A DNA stretch of 41,604 bases. It comes from a virus (taxonomy: Duplodnaviria; Caudoviricetes). The notes beneath the pieces were generated by a model. The model made no database searches. It was given only the letters and a program-made list of their open reading frames with translations, and was not told the origin of the DNA. Position 1 is the stretch's first letter. Each line of letters starts with the position of its first letter. This document shows, piece after piece, positions 27,022-35,814 of this stretch. The position numbers and the translations under genes were made by a program. The stretch spans positions 1 to 41,604 of IMG/VR virus record IMGVR_UViG_3300033475_000068; one strand, written 5' to 3'.

Positions 27022-28563
27022 TCATAGTCGCCCCGAAAACGTTTCTCTAAGTTTCATCCAAACCGCTGTCAGTTCATCGCTCGTCATGTTCTCGAGGCTT
27101 TTGTCGACAACGAGCCGGACCGTGTGATTGAAAACCGTCATCAAGGCCTTTTGAGAACCGGGCCTAGCTGTTGATTCGATGTGGTGCCGCATCGCTCGAA
27201 TGTTCTGGATGAGCGTCTTTTCCGCCACGCTCGGTGCTATCATAGGCGCTTCGACCTTCGGGAGTTCCGCCTCGATCCCGTGCGCGACGCTCCACAAGGG
27301 TTTGATTTTCGGGCCTGTCTCGCCGGCAAAGGCCTCCAGAGGATCGCTGGTAACCTCGTTGTCAAAGAGTTCGTCTTCGGGTTTGAGAGCGATCAGGGCC
27401 TCGTCTTCGATCATGCGTTGTGCCCGAACAAATAGCTCGTCAGCTGGTCCATAGACCCATGCGCCGCGCTTCCCCGGAGCCAGACGATTACCACGTGCGA
27501 AGAGCTGTTCGAGCCACGGAACGCTGCGGATGTGCGTCAGGCAAGCAATATGCGTGATTTCCGGCACGCTCAACCCTTCATAGGCCATCGCCACCGTAAC
27601 CAGAGCCGAGATCGCGCCACGTTTATAGCTGTCGATTACACGCCGGGCGTCTGCGCTGTCCTCACTGGTAGCGATGTCGACGAGACACAGACTCGCGATT
27701 CGCTCGTGATACTTTTTAGCTGTCTCAATGTCGGGCGCCACAACCAAGAGCTTTGCCTGTGGATATTCCTTCCGATGTTCCTGCCAATCGGCCATACACT
27801 CGGCAAGGAGCTGAAACGCGAATTCGGTGCGGAGAGCCGTGAAGATCGCGTCGGCTCTCGACATATCGGCGCGGCTGAGTTTTTCGACAGATTTCTGAAT
27901 GCCTTCCTTACTCTCCCACTTCGCGGCACCATCGACGGTGCGGGGTTCGACTTGAAGAATGGTTCCGTCGGCAATTGCTTGCTTACGGCCGTAGCGAATC
28001 ACTCGAGTGTGTTCGGTGTCTCGGAGGTCGACCATTGAATCGACGTAATCCAGGCCGGCGATCGCCTGACCGTCACCACGTGCAAGCGTTCCTGTCGCGA
28101 ATACCGTCAGCTCTGCGGCTTCGATCATGGGCTTGAACGCTGCCGCCCAGGCCGAGTCTTCGCTGATGTGATGCACTTCATCAAGAAACAAGATCGTCGG
28201 GTGACGCCTCATGTACTGAAGGTGTCCATCGGGTTTCATCCCAACGGCTTGAAACGTCGTCAGATAGCCGTCGGTTCCCCGGTCTGCGTGTTCGTCGTTG
28301 CCATGACAGGCTCGGAGTCGTCGGCTCGTCTGCCAACGTGGATCCGTGAACTCGGCTTCGCCCTGATATTTCAAGGCGTTCCGCGGAGCGATCCATAGAA
28401 GTTTTTCTGCGATGTGAGGCAAAAGACGTTGAGCGAGAATGACCGGGTGACCAGACTTGCCACCGCCAGGCGTGACTGAAAGAATGATTCTCCGAATGTG
28501 TGCGCCTCGCAGAATTTCGTCGCACACCTGATTCATTCGGGCTTGATGCCAGCGGAGGGTCAT
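27022..28563 (-). CDS. Superfamily 2 DEAD/DEAH-box helicase
   Basis: LRWHQ, TPGGGKS, LDEVHH, ATGT, YEGLSVP, QLFARGNR. Confidence 0.9.
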   Translation of the reverse strand: MTLRWHQARMNQVCDEILRGAHIRRIILSVTPGGGKSGHPVILAQRLLPHIAEKLLWIAPRNALKYQGEAEFTDPRWQTSRRLRACHGNDEHADRGTDGYLTTFQAVGMKPDGHLQYMRRHPTILFLDEVHHISEDSAWAAAFKPMIEAAELTVFATGTLARGDGQAIAGLDYVDSMVDLRDTEHTRVIRYGRKQAIADGTILQVEPRTVDGAAKWESKEGIQKSVEKLSRADMSRADAIFTALRTEFAFQLLAECMADWQEHRKEYPQAKLLVVAPDIETAKKYHERIASLCLVDIATSEDSADARRVIDSYKRGAISALVTVAMAYEGLSVPEITHIACLTHIRSVPWLEQLFARGNRLAPGKRGAWVYGPADELFVRAQRMIEDEALIALKPEDELFDNEVTSDPLEAFAGETGPKIKPLWSVAHGIEAELPKVEAPMIAPSVAEKTLIQNIRAMRHHIESTARPGSQKALMTVFNHTVRLVVDKSLENMTSDELTAVWMKLRETFSGRL

Positions 28564-29123
28564 AGGATCGCCTCAATCGTGGCGATTCTCTCGCCGATCC
28601 AGCGCATGACGGGAACAGCCATCGAGTTCCCGATTGCTTTGTAGCGAGGTCCGTCTGGTGCCATTTTTCCTCGCCATGGAATAAGGGTCCAATCGTCAGG
28701 GAATCCCTGCAGTCGTTCGCATTCACGGGGCGTGAGGCGGCGCACTCCGTGGCCAGCGAGATAATTCTGTTGTTGCGCTCCCGGCTCAGAGGTTACAGAG
28801 CCAGTGATCTGGCCGTCTCCATCGATGAATCTGACTTCGCTTCGGCTGTTTTGTTGGAAGACTCCAATCTGACCACCGCCGTTTAGACGTTTCCCGTTCA
28901 TTGCTCGAAGCGTAGGAGAATGGTCACCGACACCGAATCCATTGCGGCCCGATGCTTTTGTGTCGAATGCCATCGTTAACGGCACGTCTCGCCCTGTTCC
29001 GTCCTCACTTGAGTCGTATCGTTTAGTTAATGAGTGGGTTACAAGTTGGCTCTCATGGCTCTCATGGCTCTCATGGCTCGCATTGTCGGCATATGGTTTA
29101 GTCCGAAGTGGTGCTACTACCAT
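28560..29123 (-). CDS. C5 DNA methyltransferase, C-terminal part
   Basis: VRRLTPRECERLQGFPDDWT and RYKAIGNS motifs. Same frame as the upstream part, separated by a single TAG. Confidence 0.85.
   Translation of the reverse strand: MVVAPLRTKPYADNASHESHESHESQLVTHSLTKRYDSSEDGTGRDVPLTMAFDTKASGRNGFGVGDHSPTLRAMNGKRLNGGGQIGVFQQNSRSEVRFIDGDGQITGSVTSEPGAQQQNYLAGHGVRRLTPRECERLQGFPDDWTLIPWRGKMAPDGPRYKAIGNSMAVPVMRWIGERIATIEAIL
29047..29079. repeat. 9-bp tandem repeat (TGGCTCTCA x3.6; encodes SHE repeats)
   Basis: Directly visible. Confidence 0.85.
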
Positions 29124-29132
29124 CGTCTCACT

Positions 29133-29924
29133 CTAGTAATCCATGCGGCCCGAACCGCCTTTAGCATTCACAGCTTTCGAAATCACCGGTGAGTAATCAG
29201 TTGGCCTTCCCGCATGATCTCCAGCTAAAGCATTGACAGTTTCACCATCGCCATTTCCTCTCATGTCATGGACCTGAAGACCGCCTGCTAAATCGAAGTC
29301 GGTTCCAAGTCCACCACCTGCCGAAGAGCGGCTTCCAATTGTTCCGGCAATTTCTTCCCCCGCTTTTCGGCTCGGCGCAGGATACCCCGACACGCTGTAG
29401 CGCTCAAAAAGTACCGCTGCGGCACGTCGCCAGTCTCCAAAATATCCGATAACGAAGACGCGACGCCGACGCTGTGGAACTCCGAAGAATTGAGCGTCCA
29501 GGACTCGATAGGCCCACCCATACCCGAGTTCTGCCAACGCCCCGAGAAAGGCACCAAAATCCCGTCCTTTGTTCGACGACAAGACTCCTGGGACGTTTTC
29601 CCAGACCATCCAACGGGGCTTAAAACGCTCAAGAATTCCAAGAAAGACGAGAGCCAAGTTACCGCGCGGATCGTCCATGCCTTTTCTGAGGCCTGCGACG
29701 CTGAAGGATTGGCAGGGAGTTCCTCCAACAAGAAGGTCAATTGCTCCAAGATTCCACCCCTTATATTTGGTCATGTCACCGAGATTCGGTACGTCAGGAA
29801 ATCGATGCGTTAGCACCGCCGAGGGAAACGGCTCGATCTCGCTGAAAGCTTTAGCGTCCCATCCCAAGGGATGCCATGCGACACTTGCGGCCTCGATCCC
29901 CGAACAGACCGAAAGGTATCTCAC
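29133..29924 (-). CDS. C5 DNA methyltransferase, N-terminal part (alpha)
   Basis: SVCSGIE, GGTPCQSFS, WENVPG, PQRRRRVF motifs I, IV, VI, VIII. Confidence 0.92.
   Translation of the reverse strand: MRYLSVCSGIEAASVAWHPLGWDAKAFSEIEPFPSAVLTHRFPDVPNLGDMTKYKGWNLGAIDLLVGGTPCQSFSVAGLRKGMDDPRGNLALVFLGILERFKPRWMVWENVPGVLSSNKGRDFGAFLGALAELGYGWAYRVLDAQFFGVPQRRRRVFVIGYFGDWRRAAAVLFERYSVSGYPAPSRKAGEEIAGTIGSRSSAGGGLGTDFDLAGGLQVHDMRGNGDGETVNALAGDHAGRPTDYSPVISKAVNAKGGSGRMDY
29288..29749 (-). CDS. Nested out-of-frame M.EcoHK31I beta-like subunit
   Basis: Alternative-frame ORF with SSLSDILE..VPQRYFLS..AC.GILRRAEKRGKKLP motif. Confidence 0.65.
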   Translation of the reverse strand: MEQLTFLLEELPANPSASQASEKAWTIRAVTWLSSFLEFLSVLSPVGWSGKTSQESCRRTKDGILVPFSGRWQNSGMGGPIESWTLNSSEFHSVGVASSLSDILETGDVPQRYFLSATACRGILRRAEKRGKKLPEQLEAALRQVVDLEPTSI

Positions 29925-30169
29925 AGATTTTCATCTCCAAACAAACTCGGCACAAAATAGTACCCGCTCGGCTTCTCGGTCTCGATTTCTTCCACGACTT
30001 CAGGTCCGACCGGGGCCTCGATGAGGATGTGTTCAGAGCGGTCAAGCCCGATGTTCATCTGGTTTTCGCAGAAGGCCACCTCTTGAAGTGAACTGAACTT
30101 GGCTGCGTATTCTTGATCAATGCGAGGGCCCCTGCGAGTCTGTGCGTAGAGTCTGACGATTCCTGTCAT
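29921..30169 (-). CDS. Hypothetical protein
   Basis: 82 aa, coupled. Confidence 0.55.
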   Translation of the reverse strand: MTGIVRLYAQTRRGPRIDQEYAAKFSSLQEVAFCENQMNIGLDRSEHILIEAPVGPEVVEEIETEKPSGYYFVPSLFGDENL

Positions 30170-30522
30170 TTCACGTATCCTTCCTTCCGTAGTCGCGCGT
30201 CGAGGTCGTCGACGCTGTAGGCGAGGACGGCAATACCGCCCACCCCTTCGACGTCACGCATGAAATCCCGTTGATCGTCACTGGCGTCGTTGTCGATTCG
30301 CTTGGTCTCGACTGCAAGGAATCTACCGTTAGGTGGGAGAACTGCGAGGATGTCCGAGATACCACGGAATCCGAACCTTACGAAATGGTTTTTACCGGCC
30401 TTCGTTGTGTACTTCGCTCCGCCGGTATTCTGCCGCCAGTAGAGTTTAAAGCCCATGAGCTTTAGGTACTCGAGGCAATCCTTCTTGACTTGGTTTTCCG
30501 AAACCATGAAGACGCGTTTCAC
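30166..30522 (-). CDS. VRR-NUC domain nuclease
   Basis: E..V...C..YL, GISDI, FLAVETKR, S..Q..F PD-(D/E)xK pattern. Confidence 0.85.
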   Translation of the reverse strand: MKRVFMVSENQVKKDCLEYLKLMGFKLYWRQNTGGAKYTTKAGKNHFVRFGFRGISDILAVLPPNGRFLAVETKRIDNDASDDQRDFMRDVEGVGGIAVLAYSVDDLDARLRKEGYVK

Positions 30523-31076
30523 GATCGCGCCGCCACGAGTTCGGATGTCCTGAAGAGATCCCCCTGTTCGACTTCGCCTTCAGCAAAAGCCTTGACCTGA
30601 TCGATGAGAAGCTTGACGGCTTCGTTGTAGGCATTCTTCAGGCTTCCCGGTACGGGTTGGGAAATTCGGTCCTCTCCCTTGCCGATGTTTTCCATCTCTT
30701 CACGATCATTGATTTTGGGAAGCGTGATTTTTGACTCGCACGATTCCGCGCTGTTTTTCCTCTTGTATATCGAGGTGACATAGACCTCGAGTCTGCTACC
30801 GGGTTCATCGCCGTCGCTCCAGGTGATCGATGCCAAACCGATGCCGACACGCGCCGAGAGGTTATTCTGTTCGGTGATGAGTCCCTGGAGACCACAGTAT
30901 TGAATAGCAAGATTCACGACACGCTGTGCATTCGAAAGCAACGCCGGTCTCGGGCTGTTGTTCGAGCGCAGGGTCAAGTATTCGCCCTTCAGGGTCTTTT
31001 CGTCGTGCTGTTCGAAATCAACCTGATAGCTGTAGTTCTTCACTCCGATTTTGAATTTCTTGATTGTCGAGATCAT
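30519..31076 (-). CDS. Hypothetical protein
   Basis: 185 aa, coupled. Confidence 0.6.
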   Translation of the reverse strand: MISTIKKFKIGVKNYSYQVDFEQHDEKTLKGEYLTLRSNNSPRPALLSNAQRVVNLAIQYCGLQGLITEQNNLSARVGIGLASITWSDGDEPGSRLEVYVTSIYKRKNSAESCESKITLPKINDREEMENIGKGEDRISQPVPGSLKNAYNEAVKLLIDQVKAFAEGEVEQGDLFRTSELVAARS

Positions 31077-31324
31077 ACGAGACTCCTTTGTTTGCGATCG
31101 ATTTCAGCGGCGATCAACGCCCCGGCTTTTTCCAAATTCCTGATAGGCGTCGAAGGCTTCCACCATGACGGATCCCAAGGCCAGCCAGTCGGATCGTTGT
31201 TCAAATAACAGATCGCAGCTCTGAGGAGTTCGCCGTTTTTGTAGCGGTCATCGTTTTCGGAGGTCCAGCCCTCTTTTTGGATCTGGCGCTGACGTTCGGC
31301 GGCTATGCGTTCCGCGCCGGTCAT
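31073..31324 (-). CDS. Conserved phage hypothetical protein
   Basis: AERQRQIQKEGW...WPW...WKP...NLEKAGALIAAEIDR, a widespread phage motif. Confidence 0.75.
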   Translation of the reverse strand: MTGAERIAAERQRQIQKEGWTSENDDRYKNGELLRAAICYLNNDPTGWPWDPSWWKPSTPIRNLEKAGALIAAEIDRKQRSLV

Positions 31325-31716
31325 GACTTATCTTCCAAAAGTTTTTGGTCTTCGATGACTTCGAATTCGCCTTTGAGTGAGCCAGCAACGTTGGACAGTC
31401 GTTCTGTTGCTTTGAGGGCTGATTTGATTGCTGAGGCTAAAACACTAGAGTCGAATGAGAGATGAATCTCGCTTTTTGGTGGTGGAACGCGCCGTATTAC
31501 TTTTATAGATAGTGGGGTGACAACGATGCCGTCAATGAATAAACGTGGAGGCTTGTCTGACTTTGGCAACGGAATATCTATTGCGCGATGAGCGCCGATT
31601 TCAGACGAACGCGCGGCTGACCGAGGCACAATAGCACCATTTATTTGAAGTTCTGCCTCATATTCGACCGGATTGGATAGGAGAATCCAACCGTCCGAAA
31701 ACTTCATTTCGCTCAT
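31321..31716 (-). CDS. Hypothetical protein
   Basis: ATG 31716 with GGAG RBS, ATGA-coupled. Confidence 0.55.
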   Translation of the reverse strand: MSEMKFSDGWILLSNPVEYEAELQINGAIVPRSAARSSEIGAHRAIDIPLPKSDKPPRLFIDGIVVTPLSIKVIRRVPPPKSEIHLSFDSSVLASAIKSALKATERLSNVAGSLKGEFEVIEDQKLLEDKS

Positions 31717-31943
31717 CTCGGTCTCCTGGAAAAAAGCGGGAATCCGAACCAGCTCAGAACGCCAGCGAGAATCGTTATCAACACGCGCCCGAGGGAGAGT
31801 TCCCAAAGGCTCGGAATAAAGAATTGAACCAAAACTACAGCGACGATGACGAAGCACCAGCGGTTGATCAGGGACTCGCGTTGGCGCCGCAACTCTCGAA
31901 TATCCCTACGGACTTCCTTTGAGGTTCGTTGCTTGATTGTCAT
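31713..31943 (-). CDS. Small two-TM membrane protein
   Basis: Basic N-terminus followed by two hydrophobic segments. Confidence 0.55.
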   Translation of the reverse strand: MTIKQRTSKEVRRDIRELRRQRESLINRWCFVIVAVVLVQFFIPSLWELSLGRVLITILAGVLSWFGFPLFSRRPR

Positions 31944-32134
31944 TTTTTTTCCTCCAAGGCGCATATGATCATCACAGAAAAAAAGATGCCTATTATTCCT
32001 GCGACAATTGCGAAATTTCCACGTTCGATTTCTGTCCAGTGAGCCGCATTGAGATCCTGAAAAACAAAAGAAAACATCAGGTAAATAAATGCGACGATGG
32101 AAAAAAATACTAAAATTACGGTCTTATAAATCAT
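31940..32134 (-). CDS. Small two-TM membrane protein
   Basis: MIYKTVILVFF... with two hydrophobic segments. Confidence 0.55.
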   Translation of the reverse strand: MIYKTVILVFFSIVAFIYLMFSFVFQDLNAAHWTEIERGNFAIVAGIIGIFFSVMIICALEEKK

Positions 32135-32135
32135 C

Positions 32136-32636
32136 TCACTGCTCCATATCCATGACCATTCGTGCCGAGTAAGCCGTTGAAGCCGATACACCACGAGCCC
32201 ATCCGGAAGGCCCGGCCTTGTAGGCTTCAACTGCGCCTCGTAGGGTCTTAGTGATTTTCAGACAGTAGGCCAGATAACGCATCCCCACGTGAGCGTTGGC
32301 TCTGAGGTCAAACGGGTCGAAATCCTGGCCGTCGTTGAACTCCTGCACCATCCAATCGTGATAGCGTGGGTTTAGCTGAAACTTACCCTCATCGCCGGAG
32401 ATGCCGACACAGAACCTACTCGCGTTACCGGATTCGCTCCACATCAAACCAGTAGCGACGTCGAGGAGAATGTGAGCCGCTGCGGCTTCCTCCATGACGA
32501 TGCGGAAATACTTCGGGTTGATGAGATACCGATCGGCCGATTCTGGAAGCCGTTCTCGAGGCGCCTCGATTTTCGCCGGAGGCGCGTAGAGCTGGACACC
32601 GACGAAGGCGAATATCAGGACGAAAATAATTTTCAC
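32136..32636 (-). CDS. Lytic transglycosylase (SLT domain) with N-terminal signal/anchor
   Basis: SESG, GKFQL, N..VG..YL, AYKAG motifs. GTG start by GTGA overlap. Confidence 0.8.
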   Translation of the reverse strand: MKIIFVLIFAFVGVQLYAPPAKIEAPRERLPESADRYLINPKYFRIVMEEAAAAHILLDVATGLMWSESGNASRFCVGISGDEGKFQLNPRYHDWMVQEFNDGQDFDPFDLRANAHVGMRYLAYCLKITKTLRGAVEAYKAGPSGWARGVSASTAYSARMVMDMEQ

Positions 32637-33145
32637 TGTCGGGCTCCGTGGTAGGCTTCGACGTCTGAGCGACTGAGTACCCACCTCGGGAAACTTCGGC
32701 GCTTTCCTCTGACGAGTCGTTTTTCGCCTTTAATCCGGCCTTGTCGGACGAGCTTCAAGAGATACGCCACACCTAACTTCGTGATTTCGTGCGCTTCCTC
32801 TGACGTGATCTCGTCGGGGGCAAGCTGGCAGACACTCGATTCCGGCGCGGCGGCTTTCGGTGGTTCGGCGAATTTCTTCTCAGTTTTTTTCTGTGGAGTC
32901 GCAACCCTCCTCATGCGCACGATCTTTACCCCGTTGGCATAGCTGACGCGCACCTTTTTTTCATCGATCAATTCCGCAAGCTGTTTTTCGGTGATGTCCC
33001 AGAGTCGTAGGGCCTCGTCAGCGAAGAACCAGTGATCTGGCAGGATCATCGGCGTTACTTCCCTGATGGGCGGAACGTTTCTCCGGTCCGCAAAAATCCA
33101 GTCCGGACAATCCTCACGTGTGAAACGCCAGGCGAACGCGCTCAC
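32633..33145 (-). CDS. HTH DNA-binding protein (excisionase-like domains)
   Basis: ITSEEAHEITKLGVAYLLKLVRQGRIKG...WVLSRSDV. Confidence 0.6.
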   Translation of the reverse strand: MSAFAWRFTREDCPDWIFADRRNVPPIREVTPMILPDHWFFADEALRLWDITEKQLAELIDEKKVRVSYANGVKIVRMRRVATPQKKTEKKFAEPPKAAAPESSVCQLAPDEITSEEAHEITKLGVAYLLKLVRQGRIKGEKRLVRGKRRSFPRWVLSRSDVEAYHGARQ

Positions 33146-33339
33146 CGATTTACCACCTGTCCGTCGTCTATGAACTGAACTCGGTCGAGAAAATCGGACT
33201 CAGGCGTTCGGACATCGAGGCCTCTGCGTACAGCTCGGATGATGATCTCTGGCACGGACTTATCGAAGCGCGGTTTTCGCGCAGCCCAAACTCGTTCGTA
33301 GAGTTCCTCGGGAAGCTCAAGTAAAATCGGTATGCTCAT
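33142..33339 (-). CDS. RHH-like small regulator
   Basis: ILLELPEELYERV...KSVPEIIIRAVRRGL. Confidence 0.5.
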   Translation of the reverse strand: MSIPILLELPEELYERVWAARKPRFDKSVPEIIIRAVRRGLDVRTPESDFLDRVQFIDDGQVVNR

Positions 33340-33635
33340 GATTTCCATGCCTTCATGATCTGTCGTTTGGCCGCTGTGCCCATCTGGAGCCATTGAAGCT
33401 CACGAGTACGTAGCGGGGTTTTGATCCACTCGATCGCGAGATCGAAGTCCCAGAGCCAGCGCCCCGGAACATCAGAAATTCCGTGATTCGGGAGCAAGTA
33501 ACGATGATTTCTGAGATAGGAATCCGAGACGCCGAGCTTGGCGGCGAGCCAATCGATACCGATGTTTTTCGGCACATCGAGAACGGCCTCGATGCGTTCC
33601 AGGCGTTCGAGGATGGCAAGGGATTCTTCGCTCAT
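33336..33635 (-). CDS. HTH protein, possible excisionase
   Basis: IGIDWLAAKLGVSDSYLRN...RWLW....EWI. Confidence 0.55.
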   Translation of the reverse strand: MSEESLAILERLERIEAVLDVPKNIGIDWLAAKLGVSDSYLRNHRYLLPNHGISDVPGRWLWDFDLAIEWIKTPLRTRELQWLQMGTAAKRQIMKAWKS

Positions 33636-33934
33636 CGCATTGCCTCGAAGATTCGCCAGATCAGAGAACGGCGCTTGTGGCGTGTGACTTCTTTTGGGAG
33701 TTTGTTGGGATCTATGGGAGCCCATATGCAATCGAGAAAAAGGCTACCTGGATCAGCAAAGACTTTGACAAAATAATTGGAATAAAGGTCGCGATTGGCC
33801 AGGTGAACAATCAACGGAATCTCTAGCGTCGAAATAACCGTAGTGATCGTTCCGTTCTTCACTGGCCCCTTGTAGTGAGAAGATTCCTTCCCAATACATT
33901 GCACGAGCTGACCAACAACTAGACGCCCGCTCAT
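33632..33934 (-). CDS. Hypothetical protein
   Basis: ATGA-coupled, GAGG RBS. Confidence 0.55.
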   Translation of the reverse strand: MSGRLVVGQLVQCIGKESSHYKGPVKNGTITTVISTLEIPLIVHLANRDLYSNYFVKVFADPGSLFLDCIWAPIDPNKLPKEVTRHKRRSLIWRIFEAMR

Positions 33935-34188
33935 GATCTGACCTCGGCAACGAGGCTGAAATCGTCGGAAGTGAACGACCACCAAGGCCCCATCAGAGAC
34001 TCGACAGTGATCCCGTCGGGATCGACGAGCATCATCTCTTGAATGGGGAAATGTCCACGGAGTTTAACGACCGTGTACTCGACTCCGGGAAAAATCGCGT
34101 CGGTATCGCTCGCCGGATCACAGCCGATCCACACGACTTTCGAACCGATCACAAGCTCAAGACTTTTCGTCGACGGGCTGGAGCACAT
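33931..34188 (-). CDS. Hypothetical protein
   Basis: 85 aa, GGAGG RBS. Confidence 0.55.
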   Translation of the reverse strand: MCSSPSTKSLELVIGSKVVWIGCDPASDTDAIFPGVEYTVVKLRGHFPIQEMMLVDPDGITVESLMGPWWSFTSDDFSLVAEVRS

Positions 34189-34360
34189 AGTTTTCCTCCT
34201 TCATCGCTTTGAAAATCAAGAATTTCGTCCAAGGGCCCTGAGACTTACCGGTCTCCTTGATGAACCGCTTAAAAAACACCTTTTCCTCTGCTGACATCGG
34301 AGCATCGATCCGAAGCGGCGTTTCAACTGTTTTGTTTGTCTCATCCTGATTGGTGATCAT
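34157..34360 (-). CDS. Cro-position regulator (RHH-like)
   Basis: First gene of the lytic operon, divergent from the repressor; LRIDAPMS.EEK....TGKS..PW pattern. Confidence 0.55.
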   Translation of the reverse strand: MITNQDETNKTVETPLRIDAPMSAEEKVFFKRFIKETGKSQGPWTKFLIFKAMKEENYVLQPVDEKS

Positions 34361-34371
34361 TTCCCCTTCCA

Positions 34372-34470
34372 AACTACGTATTTACGTAGTTAATTGAAGA
34401 TTAAACCTCATACACGTAGTTGTCAATGACTTTTTTACGGATTTACGTAGTATTGAGGCCGATATAACGA
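34372..34470. promoter_or_regulatory. Immunity switch: operators and lytic promoter
   Basis: Palindrome AACTACGTA-TT-TACGTAGTT at 34372-34391 plus two ACGTAGT half-site copies; minus strand TTGACA-N17-TAATCT. Confidence 0.75.
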
Positions 34471-34472
34471 AT

Positions 34473-34817
34473 ATGAGTTTCTGGGAAAATGTTGACCGAT
34501 TGGTCACTGAACAAAACACGAGCTATCGATGGCTTGCTGGACGGCTCGAAGTATCTGAGACCACGGTATCAAGTTGGCGACGGACCGGCGTAAGTCCGAG
34601 ATCGCGTCATTCGGTCTTGATAGCGAAGGCACTTAAGACAACAGTAGAAAGTTTGGAGGATATGTCTTCAGATGATCCTTGGTTCACAGAAAATCGCTCT
34701 CTAATCAGTAAACTCCAGGTACTTCCGTCAGATCATCTCAAAGAGGTTTCAGACTTCGTCGACTTCAAAATCCAGAAGGTTAGTGAATCGATCAAAGATC
34801 GTTCAAAATCTGGGTGA
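34473..34817 (+). CDS. CI-like XRE-family HTH repressor
   Basis: SYRWLAGRLEVSETTVSSWRR..SP....IAKALKTTVESL. No S24 peptidase domain. Confidence 0.85.
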   Translation: MSFWENVDRLVTEQNTSYRWLAGRLEVSETTVSSWRRTGVSPRSRHSVLIAKALKTTVESLEDMSSDDPWFTENRSLISKLQVLPSDHLKEVSDFVDFKIQKVSESIKDRSKSG

Positions 34818-34930
34818 ACCCCACTAAATTTTAGAACATGCAAAAATATATGCAATTGCAATAAAGTTTACACCGATTGTAATTTTACTTGACACCTGAA
34901 TAACGGTTGATTATTTGAGATCATACGGTT

Positions 34931-35509
34931 ATGATTTTCGAAATGCTCAAGAAATTTATCGTTCTATCAATTCTGATTCTGACTTCCTCACTTTCGTTTT
35001 CTAACGATTTCACGGTTTTGTCAGGGTGGGGTTTAGACGATTTCCATCAGATCCAAGGCAACAATAAAGTCCTGTCGATATTTTCGAACCACGTGGTCGC
35101 AGAACTCTGTTTTCAGGATTTCGAAATTCCATTGTGGGTTTCATTTCCGACTCAAGCCTATTATGAACAGGACCAAACTCCCATTAGTGCGGAAACCTGG
35201 GACTTGATCCTGACAACTGGATTCGGTTTCAAATTCGAACAAAAAATAAACCGTTTCCCTTTCGAAAATGATTCTCGTTTGGTTCTATCGATCGGTCCCG
35301 ATCTTTCCATTGTAAAAATCAGTCGATCATTTTCCTCATTCAGTCTAGGCGCTTTTTCCGAAGCCTCTTTCATTATGGAAACTGGGAAAAACTTCGGTTT
35401 CTGGATAGGATCGTCTGCAAAATTCAATCCTTTCGTTTTTTTCGATAACTTCTATCTGAGATCAACCCTTTCTTTCGATTTTCAGCTCGGCCTTATCTTT
35501 GGACTTTGA
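34931..35509 (+). CDS. Exported protein, possible outer-membrane beta-barrel (moron)
   Basis: Signal peptide, Phe-rich amphipathic strands, C-terminal FDFQLGLIFGL, AT-rich DNA, upstream TTGACA. Confidence 0.55.
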   Translation: MIFEMLKKFIVLSILILTSSLSFSNDFTVLSGWGLDDFHQIQGNNKVLSIFSNHVVAELCFQDFEIPLWVSFPTQAYYEQDQTPISAETWDLILTTGFGFKFEQKINRFPFENDSRLVLSIGPDLSIVKISRSFSSFSLGAFSEASFIMETGKNFGFWIGSSAKFNPFVFFDNFYLRSTLSFDFQLGLIFGL

Positions 35510-35519
35510 GGAGACCATC

Positions 35520-35789
35520 ATGCCCAAACCAAATCTAAAACGACAGGCTTTTGAACGTCTTTGCGCCGAACTGGACAAGAGCGATGCATTCTATGCTGAA
35601 CTGCAATCCTTTTTCGACAAACACGGGAACGTACCGCCGGAATATGAACTCGACTGGAAAACCTATCTCAAGGACAAAAGACCTTGGCGAAAGATTCCCG
35701 GAACAAAGTTTCGACTCTGGCAAGCTGCCGTCAAGATGGCCCACAATGAGTCTCTGGCGCAACCTCAGAAATCCCACGCTGTAGTTTGA
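35520..35789 (+). CDS. Hypothetical protein
   Basis: GAGGAG RBS before ATG 35520. Confidence 0.6.
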   Translation: MPKPNLKRQAFERLCAELDKSDAFYAELQSFFDKHGNVPPEYELDWKTYLKDKRPWRKIPGTKFRLWQAAVKMAHNESLAQPQKSHAVV

Positions 35790-35814
35790 CCCATTGCGTG
35801 CCGAAAATGTAGGC

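Noticed and set aside
29133-29135. Genome-wide TAG recoding (alternative genetic code)
   Set aside because: TAG terminates TerL, the protease and the tail tube at sensible positions, and other genes are not fragmented.
27022-29924. Helicase + C5 MTase as a restriction/DISARM-like defence system
   Set aside because: No nuclease or other defence components; both are common phage early genes in a coupled operon.
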